Part shown: positions 27,206 through 39,010 of the stretch, in pieces
How the letters are laid out: each line of letters opens with the position of its first letter
How positions within the stretch are numbered: the stretch's first letter is position 1
Assembly: GCF_009914755.1 (NCBI RefSeq)
Contig: NC_060930.1
Source of the DNA: the human T2T-CHM13v2.0 reference genome, Homo sapiens
Direction: 5' to 3' (one strand)
DNA length: 64,000 bases
The notes under the pieces: generated by a model
What the model saw: the letters and a program-made list of their open reading frames with translations, nothing else
Told to the model about the DNA's origin: nothing
Databases searched by the model: none
Position numbers and translations under genes: made by a program

Positions 27206-30200
27206 TCGGATCACGTGATAGTAAAGTGTTCACAGTGTTATCACAAGTGTTATTGCAAAATAAAGCTTCTCTGTGCCAGGATAAATTTTTTAAAAATTCA
27301 TGTCTCAATTCAGATATTTTTTCCAGAGTTGCTTTAAAAAAAAATTAACACATTTGGCAAAATTCATTTTTTCTTGCAAACTCCTTTGAACTTTAAATGA
27401 CAATGTTTTATATGAGCAAGGGGGAAGATCAAACACAAAAGAGAAGGAAGTGTAGTAAGTTGATCTTGGACCATACTTTGAAGTGGTCTGTTTTCTCAGT
27501 AGGATGCTAACCTACAGCTAATAGGAGCAGCTGAGGGAAGGAGGGACCAGCTGTCCCCAAGGAGCTTGGCAGCCTTCTACCTTGGGATTGCACAGTCACC
27601 TCCTCCTTGCTGGGGCTGCAGAGTTTACGCTGAGGAAGTGAAAGAAGGTTGTGTGTTTATTACAGTTTGAGGTGTACTTTTCACTCCAGGAAGGGGAAGC
27701 CCCTAGAACTTTTCCCATTTGGCAAGGGGTAACCAATGCTTGCAAACCAAGAAGTGTAGTCATGGAGATGAGAAAGTTTAGATGAATTCTGATCTCCCAG
27801 CCCCAAGCACCTGTTCCAGGTAGCTAGACGCAGGGGGCCCCTCAAGGTTGAAGGTGTATGGTAGTACACCAGATAGCTTTTATGGTGGTCCGCTTTTAGC
27901 ATTTTATAAAAAGTGACTAGTACTTGTCTTCTACCCACTAGTGTCATAAGAAGCAAAGAAGATAGCGGGTCTACTAAGTTGGATGTTCTTCAAATAGATG
28001 ATATTTTAAAGTGCAAGGAATTATTGCTGTAATTAATATAGCTGGGAGTGTGGTGGCTAATTTGCTTGTTTCTCTCAATTTCTTTTCATGTGTCATAACT
28101 GAGTGCTTGTTTGTAGCTTCCTTTGTAAATCAGAAGAGTTATTTGGTGTTAGAAACTCAGAATTGTCAGACACAGTAAGATTGGTTGTGTTTTATTATAG
28201 GATTTAATGTCAAGCCTGTCATTTTGAGTGATGAGAAACTGGGAAAGGCGTCCTTCACTGACATAGTAGGAGAAGGAGGCACTTTTGTTTTCAACTCCAA
28301 TTTGGTCTGAAGCTATTAAAGGAATAAATGGAGGTCGTGCAACATGTTGATTTTAGACTCTTCCCATGTCTGCTGCTAGAAGGAACGTGAGGAGCAGCTT
28401 AGTATTTTGTTGTGTCTTGCAGACTTCTTTTGCCTTAAAAAAAAGTCTGTTTATGGAGGGAGAGGACATGGCTGAAAAAACACTTGTACATAAAACAGCT
28501 GTTAAGCGAATCTCCACACACTGAGATCAAGAGAACGTGAAGAAATATGTCCTTCCAAGGACCCTTTTGCCAACTTGGAGCCTCCTTCAGAAAATAAATA
28601 CAGCCACGCTACAAGTTTCTGGTAACTTAGTTACTGAAAAATAAATTGAGCTACTTAGACCCTTGAACCTTTATTAAAAAAAAAAATCTCTGAATTCTAT
28701 TGCAGTGATGCAAATGAAGCCAGAGAAACTATGCAGAATGTTTCTTTGCCCTTGTATTAACGAATGTGCCCCTGAAGAGTCTTGAAAATGCAGGAGGCAG
28801 AAGCCCCGGCCTCCTAGTAGAGGGAAAGCACGTACACGCGTCTTTGGTCTCTAAGCTCCATCTGCAATAAGGAAAGATTTCCTGATAGTGAAGTTTTCTC
28901 TGGATTTTTTTTTCCTTCTCCGTGACTTGCTGTGGTAAAGGACAGTTGTGCTCAGTGGCTTCCAGAAAAGCTGGACGTCCCACCATGATGGCACATCTGG
29001 GCACACCACACCTCTCCTCTCTACTACTGGGAACACTGGAGAGGACTGACTGCCTGTGGCATATGCTTTGTGCTTGGAGTGTTGCTTATGAAAGATGAGG
29101 CCCCTTTAAAACCTCATGCTCACACTTAGAGAATTCTGGTCGTGTGCTACAGATGTTTTACAGTTTATTTCCAAACAGCTGCTTTTCCCTTCTTTAGTCT
29201 GTTTTTTTTTTTTTTTTTTTTAAATAAAATCCCTCTGGAAACCTTTCAGCTCACATCCTTGGCAATGCTTCCTTAGTACAAGTCCTTGCATTCTATGCCA
29301 TGACATTCTCCCAACCAGCACCTGTTACTACAGGCAGGCCATCGACTTAGCTGTTCTGTGAGTTAGAAGTACTATTGTGTATGTGGATCAGAACTGTAGA
29401 TTCAATCAGCCTAGAACAGACAGCCCCCAGTGACAAGCCCTCCCTAGCACTTCATGAGAATACACAGAAAGAAGAAGGAAAAACTTGACTTATAATGTAT
29501 GTCTCCCTCGGAACATCAGGTAGAAAAGCCCCATGCAGGTGACTCAATCCAGGGTCAAAGCAGGGAGGGTTTCCCTGAGGGCACAGCAATTTGACAAGTT
29601 TGTCCCATTTCAAACTTCCCCAGCAGCCAGCTGTCAATAATATCTTTGACCTTCAGAGGTAGGAAGAGCAGGAATAATTAAGATCCACAGATGATCCCCG
29701 AATCCTGGTAATGATTTTCACATCCTTCTTTCTCATGATCCTTTTCCCCAGAGCTGCCATTTCTCTAAACTAAAGTGACGAGTGTAAGTTCAGCCTCCTT
29801 TAGTTTCTTTTCCAATAATCTTCTGATAAAGATATTAGGAAGAAGTAAAAGTCCAATTGAAGAGGGCAGTATCAGGGAGGGAACAGAAGTAAAGAGTTTG
29901 GGAGATCATTCCTTGAATAACTAAGTGTTGATCGGCTCTTGGGAAAATGTGTTGATTTGTCTTCTGGCCAGTTGTACATATGCAGATACACCATCTGTAC
30001 TGAAAAATATGCGTGAACTTCTCTGGAAGCGCCTGAGTGAGTCAGTGTCTGAAAAGGAGCTACACCTCTAAAACAGTTATCAAGTATTTAGGGATGAGGT
30101 GCTGCAAAGCCAAGAGAGTGAAAACAATCCTTAAAGGCGTGTTTGGCCAGCTCTCAAAAATCTTAGACAGTTGCAACACAGTCCTTGGCTCAGACACTGG

Positions 30201-30655
30201 ATTTTTCCCATTCATGTACTTTTTTGACAGATGAATTGTTGCAGGCTGCAAAAAAAGCTCGAAGAGGAATCTGTTAGACTCCTCACTCAGAGCAGGGATC
30301 TATTTGCTTGCAATCCTGTTAGCAAACCAAGGTGCCATTTGCTTTGTGTGGTGTGCTACTTGGCCACTTTTTCTTAGCCGTGGCTGCTCTGTCTGAAACG
30401 GTCATGGTCTCATTCAGCTCTAGCATATTTGCGTGTTAGGTTGGCATGAAGATTCTCAATTTAGTAAATGCTAGACACTAGTATAACTTCCCTGAATTCC
30501 TGCCTCTCAACTCCTATGGAATGTTTATGGCTTTCATTATAGTAATAACAAGATTTCTTGCACAAAAACTCACTTGACCTTGGCACTTTCTTTCTAGAGC
30601 CATCCTTCCTTTTTGCTGATAGGTGGGTTTGCATTTATTTTTGGCATGACTTTTT

Positions 30656-30749
30656 CACCTTCTGAATTGCTGACTATGGTAGATTGATTTTTTTTTTTAA
30701 AGAAACGCAAGTCATTTTGATGAAACGATCAACCCAGCCTGATATAACT
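30656..30749 (+). repeat. Dispersed ~95-bp direct duplicate, copy 1
   Basis: Aligns to 32616-32707 with 9 substitutions and a 2-nt poly-T indel. Confidence 0.9.
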
Positions 30750-31714
30750 TTAAGTATAGTTTCACACCACATGTAATAAATGTGACCCTTTAGAGATATT
30801 AGAAACTGATGATGAATGTTTAGTTACAAGAATAGTTCAGACCCTCAGGTATGGGTATTCTTTGCACAACTCTGGAATATATTTCTTGAATCACTGGAAG
30901 AAGATGGAGTCCTTGGAAACATGTTGTCAGGGGCTCAATTACCTTTAGACCTTTAAGTGTTCTTGGCCAAAGGCTTGGTAGTAATTATTTGAGGGCATTA
31001 GTGATAGACCACATGTTAAGGCTGTAGCTGAAACCAAGAGTCATCATATGCATCCTGTATGGAAAGAACTGGGGATCATACTTCAGTCTTTCCAGCCAAA
31101 CTATGTGTATACCATCACTAACTTAAGAAACACAGTGTATGCTATTGTGTGCTGGTACACAATGGGGAAAATGACTGGCTGCCTTCAAATCCTGTCTTCT
31201 ATGTCTAGGCTCAACAACGGGGGACCCCTCTGTATGTTTTTATGCCGAGAACTAAAGAATTTTAAAAATAAACTTGGATAGTTTTAAAGGGTGTAATATC
31301 CTATGAATTGTAACACTGTATATATGCTTTAAGTGTATTATCAAAGAGTCAAAGTTATGGACTTTTCTCCTTCATACTTGGAAAATGTTCATCATTGTAA
31401 AACAAATGGCAGCAAAACCAGTCCTTAGGATGAAGCAAATCAGAAGGAGTGACTTTGTTTTTAAAATTTAAGTAAATGTGTTAACATGTCATTTCAAATA
31501 ATCATCTTGCTTCTGAACTAAAATTCCTAAGATACGTAGATAGAAAAGGCAGTGAGTTTGTCACCTGGTAGAAATAAGATCCCTCCCACCCCTTATTCCA
31601 TCCTATCTCTGTTTTTTTTTTTTTTTTTAAAGTGTTCTGTGCTTTGCTCTCCAAGGTGCTTCCTCAGGAATGCATTGTCAAATTACTCCTTGTATTTGGC
31701 AACCCAAGGAGCTT

Positions 31715-31940
31715 TTTCCTCCAGCTTTATTGAAGTATAGTTGACAACTAATTGTATGTGTTTAAGGTATACAACTTGATGATTGGCCTATGTATACATT
31801 GTAAGATATCCAGTACAATCAAGTAACATATCCATCACCTCGGTGTTGTTAACTATAGTCAGCATGCTGTATGCTAGACCTTCAGAACTCGTTCATCTCG
31901 CACAGCAGGGATTCTGTACCCCTAGCCCTACGTCTCCCCA
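31715..31940 (-). mobile_element. L1MA-type 3' end fragment
   Basis: cagctttattgaagtatagttgac...tttaaggtatacaac...aactatagtcagcatgctgta. Confidence 0.8.
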
Positions 31941-32615
31941 AAGGCTTTACTACACTGGTCAGTAAAGGGGAGGAGGAAACGAGAACTGAATGAGCAATCT
32001 CAGGCTAATCGGTTTCAGGAAGGAGTTCATATGGAAACTGAGGTTCTGGAAATGTAATCTACTTTTAAGAATCAACCACACCTGTGCCTCCTCCAGAAAA
32101 TCTTTGTAGTGCATGACTCTTACCAGGCGTATATGTAGAGGAAAAGGTCAAAGAAAAACATTTCCAAAGATACTGTGAAAAATAAAATTGTATTTTATCA
32201 TAGAATTATAAAAGGTATAACTGGGGAAGTTTAAACATGGGTAGAAAAATGGAAAGAAGAATGAGACCCATGAGACGGTAATTCACATGAATCATTGATG
32301 TGAAAATATGTGGATGATATTGAGGGGCAGATGGACAGACAGGTTGGCAGGTGCTCCTGGAGTCTCATGGAGAGGGGGTCACTTGCTCCCAAGCAGCCAG
32401 TTCCAAAGTGTCTTGACGGCTTCCTTTCTGGAAGTACTCGGGGCTGGTTAGTAATTATTTCCCAGCTTATGGGATTTCTTAGACTCTCCCTGGCTGGCCT
32501 TTTAAAAATGAATGACCCTCCTATCCTTTCAAGATGAAGCAGGCTCTTTAGGCCCTCTGATACCCCTTGCCAGCCCACACTGAGCCTGTGGGACCTAGAG
32601 ACAGGCAGCTTTTCA

Positions 32616-32707
32616 CACCTTCTGGATTGCTGATTATGGTAGACTGATTTTTTTTTAAATAAAATCAAGTCATTTTGATGAAATGACCAACTCAGCCTGA
32701 TATAACT
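32616..32707 (+). repeat. Dispersed ~95-bp direct duplicate, copy 2
   Basis: Aligns to 30656-30749. Confidence 0.9.
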
Positions 32708-32972
32708 GGGTCTGCTGCAGGAGCAGGCTGGCTGGGTTCTGTGTCCAAAGACCTGGGCCTGCTCTGTTGCTCCTTCTCAGGGTTGCCAGTGCTGCTTGGC
32801 ACTGTTCAGTGTCTGTGGAGGTGTTGTCTAGGGCTGTTCCCTCTGTCCATTTTCTGTGAGCAATACATGCCCCCTGCTCCTTTCCAGAAACCACTTGTAT
32901 TTTACTAATTGCTACAGTCAGCTTTCTGAACGTGGGCCGCTTATTTTGATACTGGCTTGAGAACACACACAA

Positions 32973-33253
32973 GGCTGGGTGCAGTGGCTCACGCCCGTAA
33001 CCCTCACACTTTGGGATGCGGAAGCAGGCGGATCTCTTTAGCCCGGGAGTTTGAGACCAGCCTGGGCATCATGGTGAAACTCCATCTCTACCAAAAAAAA
33101 TACAGAAATTACCCAGGCATAGTGGCACACTTCTGTAGTCCCAGCTACTTGGGAGGTTGAGGTGGGGGGATGACCTGGGCCCTGGAGGTGGAGGTTTCAG
33201 TGAGCTGAGATCGCACTGCACTCCAGCCAGGGTGACACAGTGAGACCCTGTCT

Positions 33254-33288
<35 letters not shown>
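32973..33288 (+). mobile_element. Alu (AluJ-type) with a long pure A tail
   Basis: Complete dimer; TSD-like agaacacacaca/agacacacaca. Confidence 0.95.
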
Positions 33289-33290
<2 letters not shown>

Positions 33291-34701
33291 CACACACATA
33301 TACAGCTGTTCTTGTTGGGGTGTGTGTATATTAAGTTTGTTTTCAAGTAAGCTTCTCTGCCTCCTGCCCTTCTACTGGTTGATAATTTTTCTAGTATCTA
33401 TCAGGGACAGCAGGTTGATGGTGTTGGCAGAGTTTGTCCGTAGCATCATGGTCCTTGAGGCTTTTGTAGTACAAACAAAACAGAATACCACACAACTACC
33501 AGTTCTCTCACTCCATAGGACATCGCCACATGGCCCAATACTCCTTCTTGCAGGTCTGTCCTTGTCACACGGAGGATTCTAACATGATTGACTCTGTTGG
33601 GTCAATTTCTACTCCCAGCTCTTCTAGCCTCACAAATCCACTTATCTCCCTTTCCATTTGCATGTTCGAGTCCACCCTTTCTGTAGGCTCCTTCCCATGA
33701 GCATTTATACACGCTTGAGTCTGTCTGACAGAAACCTCCCTTGGCCCCTTCACCCTAAAGCACATGTGTTCTCTCCCCTCTCCTCCGACAAAATCCAAAA
33801 GTATGGTCTACACTCATACTTCCCTTCCTTCTCTTCTGCTCCCCTTGACTCCCTTGCCTCTGGTTTACCCCACCAGAGGGTGGAGGGGGCATGGTCACTT
33901 GTATGAGAGGATGGCAAAGTTCCTTCTTTCTTAAAATATGTGACTTCTCCATCATCCCAGAGCAAATCACATCCTGTTCCACTACTTATTTAACTAATGT
34001 CAACGACTTTGGACGATCCTAAAGCATTTTCAGTAGACCTCTGAGTCCCTCCTCTGTGTTTGCGTCCACTCCCACTGCTTCGGTGAGATGGATCAGTGAC
34101 TCTCTCATTGCCACATCTTCTTCCTGTGGGGAGCAGCATCTTCCCCTAGCTTCTGTGCCACCCTATCTCTGTCTGTCACCTCTACAGTCACTGCCTCTGG
34201 CCCCTTAAATGTTAGTGTTTTTCAGGCACTGTCCTTGGCCCTCTCTGCTTCTCCATCTTCATGGCAACCTCACCTCCTCCCAGCGCTTCAGTTGGTCCTT
34301 GAGCTGCTGCCCCTTAACCCAGAATTCTGTCTCTGGAACTTTTGACTCTCCTAATGGCGCTCTGAACATCACTACCTGGAAGTCCCAGAAGCCCCTCAAA
34401 TTCAGCATGTAGGAAACTTATTTCATTGTGACCCCCATGCCTGCCACTCTTTCTGTGTTCCCTCTCCAGCGAATGACGTTGCCATGTACTCAGCTTCCTA
34501 AGCCAGCAAAAAGGGCTTTATCTTAGATTCCTTCCTACCTGTTGTCTTATCCCCAGTTTCAATGGCCAAATCACATCCATTCTACCTCAGTATATTTTAT
34601 ATCCGTCTACTTATTTTTATCCTTTGCCACCCTTTGCCTCCTACTTAAGAATCAAAAACCCTGTAAGACTTCCTTGACCTCATAAGAACAGGTTAGATTC
34701 T

Positions 34702-35132
34702 TGTATCAGTCAGAGAAACAGGACCAATTGGATGGATGGATGGATGGATGGATGGATGGATGGATGGATGGATGGAAACTTATTTTAAGGAATTAATCTT
34801 GAGGCTGACAATTCAAAATCCATAACTGCGGGAGGAGGGTGCTAACAATTCTGAATCTGTAGGGCAGGCTGTAAACTCAGGCGGGAGGTGATGCCAAAGT
34901 GTCGAGGTGGAATCTCTTCTTACCTGGGAAACCTCCGTTTTTGCTCTGAAAGCCTTCAACTGGGTGGATAACACCCACATTATCAAGGGTGGTCTCCTTT
35001 GCTTAAAGTTAACTGATTGAGGATATTAACCTCATCTATAAAACACCTTCACAGCAACACCTAGATTAGTGTTTGATTACATAACTGGGGACCGTACCCT
35101 TGCTCAGTTGACACGTAAAACTGACCCTCACA
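34702..35132 (-). mobile_element. ERVL solo LTR (MLT2-type)
   Basis: accttcacagcaacacctagattagtgtttga...cagttgacacgtaaaactgaccctcaca; TSD attct/gttct. Confidence 0.85.
34729..34776. repeat. (TGGA)12 microsatellite inside MLT2
   Basis: Direct count. Confidence 0.95.
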
Positions 35133-35707
35133 GTTCTCCCTCTGGGTGGATATTCCCACACCACACATCTTCTAAACAGTATTTTACTATATTGAAGTGG
35201 GCTGTGTACTCACCTGTGTCCCCCACTGGACTGCAGGCAGGTATTATGTCTTGTCCACCTAATGGCTGCATAAAATAGGAATACACACAGACATACCCGA
35301 CTCAAACAGATACAAACACATAGACAGGCACACAGGCATACCCAGATGCGTCTACATATCTGAAAGTGAATGAATGAATGTTCTTAGCCTTCTGTTTTTT
35401 CATGGATGGTCTGTAGGAAGCAACATTCCAACAAGGCAGAGCCAGTAACAGAGGATGCTTGATGGCAGGGAATGGTTGTCAGATATGAAAAATGTTTCAA
35501 TGGGCCCTACAACCAACATGTGGAAGTTTACTCTAGCCTAGGTCTTGATTCAGCCATAGCAGACAAACTGCAAGAGGGAAACCAAAGACAAGATGAACCC
35601 CTTTGCAGCTGAGTGTTTCATACTCAAGGGTCTAGTAACATAAACTAACTGTTGTCTACCATGTATCAGATGCTCAAATATAGTTACGTGTTTTTTTCAT
35701 TATGTAG

Positions 35708-35863
35708 CAACTGTGCATCTTCATGTCACAAACTTGCAAGAAATAGAATTTCTTTATTATCTTATAAATTGGTTTGTCTCACTTGTCCCACTTCTGCCTG
35801 ATGGGAGAAACTTGATATACAGTTAATGCCAGGAAAACTCAGTCGATTAAGAGTTTTTTTCAG
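35708..35863 (+). other. Candidate cryptic exon (156 nt) ending at a consensus donor
   Basis: tttttttcattatgtag| ... tttttttCAG|GTAAGT; no transcript evidence available. Confidence 0.3.
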
Positions 35864-35881
35864 GTAAGTCTTAATATTCCT

Positions 35882-36456
35882 GTAGATGAATGGATAAACA
35901 AACTGGCACATCCAGACGATGGGCTATTCTTCAGCACTAAAAAGAAATGAGCTTTCAAGCTACAGAGGAATATAGAGTTTGCTCTACATATTGTTAACTA
36001 AAGAAGCCAAACTGAAAAGGTTACATACTATATAGTTCCAACTGTACGACATTCTGGGAAAGGCAAAACTGTAGAGACAGTAAAAACATTAGTGGTGGCC
36101 AAGGGTTTGGGGGAAGGAGGGATGAATAGATGGAGCCCACATGATTTTTAGCACAGTAAAAATACTGTATGATACTACAATGGTAGATGCATGTCATTAT
36201 ACGGTTGCCCAAACCCATAGACTATACAACACCGAGAGTGAACTCTAATGTCAACTGTGGACCTTGGGTGATAATGATGTGTCCGTGTAGGTCCACCGAT
36301 GATAACTAATGTACCACTTTGGTGCAGGATGTTGATATGGGGGAGGCTGTGCTTGGTGGGAGGCAGACAGGGGGCATATGAGAACTCTCTGTACCTTGTG
36401 CTCAGCATAGCTGTAAACCCAAAAGTGCTCTAAAAGATAAAGCCTATTAAAAAACA
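35882..36456 (+). mobile_element. L1MC1-like 3' end with preserved TSD
   Basis: gtagatgaatggataaacaaact...gacattctgggaaaggcaaaact...; TSD aagtcttaatattcct/aagtcttattagtcct (14/16). Confidence 0.85.
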
Positions 36457-37097
36457 AAGTCTTATTAGTCCTCCTCCATGGGGTTGCTTTTCATTTATGG
36501 GGAGTTCACATGGCTTCAAAGAAGTGAGAGGCGTGTGACCATCCTCAGTCGCCATGATTCCAGATATCCACGGGCTGTCAGTCTTCTCATCTTGTCCCCA
36601 GGCACTGCCTTCCCTCAACCCTGATGCCTGCTGATGTGTCTGTGTTTCTGCCTGAGCCCCAGCCACCTAGTCCAGGCTCGCATCTGCTGCTTTCATACTG
36701 CATGGCATTTTCAGAGCTGCCAGCTGCCTATTCCCCAGCACAGGATCCACAGGCCTATCTGGGAGTTCTGTTGCTCTCATTCGCAAGCTCTGTCCATGGG
36801 TAAGGCTCGTACTCAGAGGCCTGTGGCACTGATGCTCTTCACTCTTGCTCCTTATGGCCCCTTGACTTGGAGATTCTTTTTGTGTCTGGGAAGGAGTGGA
36901 GGGAGGTACACCTGGCTCAGCATGTGTTCTGTCAAACCTATTACTTATCAAGGGTCTTGACTCTTGAAACTTGAAAGCCAAAAGTTGGGCCATTTGGTTC
37001 TCTTGTTCTGCTGTAAGGATTTCTGTCTGGAATAATGGGTTGCTTCATGTCTAGTAGCCCAAATAGAAAAGTGTCATGGGGTAACAACAAGAATGTA

Positions 37098-37370
37098 CAC
37101 TTTGGGAGAGGCCAAGGCAGGAGGATCCCTTGAGCCTAACAGTTCTAGACCAGCCTGGCAACATAGCCTCTCTACTAAAAATTTTTTTAAAAATAGCTGG
37201 GTGTGGTGGCTCATGCCTTTAGACCCAGCTCCTCCAGAGGCTGAGGCAGAAGGATTGCCTGAGTCCAGGAGTTCCAGGTTGCAGTGAGTTGTGATAGTAC
37301 CACAGCACTCCAGGCTGGGTGACAGAATGAAACCCTGTCCCAAAAGAAAAAAAAAAAAAAAAAGGAGAAG
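37098..37370 (+). mobile_element. 5'-truncated Alu (AluJo-type)
   Basis: Starts at cactttggga; TSD aagaatgta on both sides. Confidence 0.9.
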
Positions 37371-37429
37371 AAGAATGTAAAGGGTATGGGAAAGTAATAT
37401 GTTAGTTGATACCTTACAATAAATTTGCC

Positions 37430-37575
37430 ACATTTACAACCTTAGGAGATCGTATTCTCAGCCCTAGGTTGAAGGTGAGGAAATGTGAGGCAGGGAGTTG
37501 GAAGAGCCTTCACTTGCCCAGGGTCGTAAGTGATAGGACAGGGATTTGGACACAGGTTGGTCTGACTTCACTGTG
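37430..37575 (-). mobile_element. MIR
   Basis: gtgaggaaatgtgaggcag...cttgcccagggtc...ggatttggacacagg..tctgact. Confidence 0.7.
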
Positions 37576-37999
37576 CCATACTGCTCATAAGAAGAGAACA
37601 TGGAGGAAGGATCACTTTCTAAGGGATACCCAACAGTGTGAAAAGACCCATTTATAGTATTTCTGAATCCTGGAAAGGCTCTCCCTATTCTATAGAGAAA
37701 TTTTCCAAGACCTCAGGATTCCAGTACTATCCATGGGAACACAGGAGTCCTTGACAGGAAACATTTATGTTTTTCCAGTTTATTAAACTGCAAAATAACA
37801 GCCACCCAGTTAAGGAAGGAAAGCATGTTGAACATCTCTTTGCCAGGCACGGGAGATAAAGCTCCTGCTGTGTTCTGGGTTTTACAGACATAAAGGAAAT
37901 GAAGCATAGTCCCCATGTCTGTAACCTTTCATGGGGAGAAACACAAGGGCAGACAATTTTCATTCATCCCCACTCTTGAGATTTTGAAAGAGGCATGTG

Positions 38000-39010
38000 C
38001 AAGGGCAGCCAGAACCACAAGGAAGGACCCTGGCCTGGTCTGAGATGGTCAGTGTGGGTTTTTGAAGGACAGAGTCAAGTCCTAAGAAGAAGGAATTGGC
38101 CTGGGAAGATGATCTAGAGAGTGTGACTGGGGAGTGCTCCAGGCTGAGGGGATGGAGGAACAAAGCAAGGCAGTGGTAAAACAGCCCTGTTAGTTCAGGG
38201 ATCCCCAAGACAGAGGGATGTGGCTGGACAGAGAGGCAAGGTCCTGGCTACAAAGGGCTAGTTTGTCATGAAGCCACTTAGATTCAACCCCACAGCTGAT
38301 GACAAGCCATTGAGGGAGTTTAATCAGGAGCGATGTGACCAGACTTGTGTTTTTAGGTACACTGCTGGGTGGCAACGAAGAGAGTGCATGGGATAGAACT
38401 TGGAGAAGGAGGGCCATCACATTGTCCAGCAGAGAGATGAGGGCCTGGGCTAAGGTAGGGATGGAACAGAAGGAGAGCAGAAGACAAAGCCAGAAAACCC
38501 CGGGGAAGTCAAATGAGTGGGACTTAGTGCTGATTGGAAAGGGGAGAGCAATGGTAGGGAATGAGGTGTTGAAGGTGACTCCTGGGCACCCATCTTGAAT
38601 GTATGGGTGGATGGAGGCGCCTCTAAATGAGAGAGTGAGGAGCAAAAGTAGATTTGGGGGAAAACATGATGAGTTCAGTTTGACATATGTTGAATTTGAG
38701 GTATCCTTGGGAGATAGCAAGTACGCAGTTGGAGTCAAATCTATCATTTGTAAGAAAGGTGATAGAGATTTAGGATTGGAAGTCTATAGCCTGGAGTAAG
38801 AGTTAACACCATGAGGGCAGATGAGATTGCCCAGGGAGAGCACCCAGGGTGAAAATGAAATAGTTCTTGAGATAGACAAAGAAGCAAGCAGTGAAGAGGA
38901 TCCTGGGGAGGAGGTTGGACACAATCAGACATCTATGGAATCTCAAAAATGGAGGAGGCCAGTGGGATCAGTAATGTCACATTCTGCAGAGAAGTCCTTA
39001 AAAAGAAGAG
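38000..39010 (-). mobile_element. L2
   Basis: gatgagttcagtttgacatatgttgaatttgaggtatcc is the L2 core in antisense; purine-rich body. Confidence 0.75.

Larger units (their letters stand above)
33560..35380 (+). mobile_element. Degraded L2 interrupted by an MLT2 LTR
   Basis: Pyrimidine-rich L2 body (acatcactacctggaagtccc...ctcaaattcagcatgt) ending gaatgaatgaatg. Confidence 0.6.

Noticed and set aside
38190-38747. Longest ORF (185 aa, minus strand)
   Set aside because: Lies in a decayed L2, has a non-ATG start and no recognisable intact domain.
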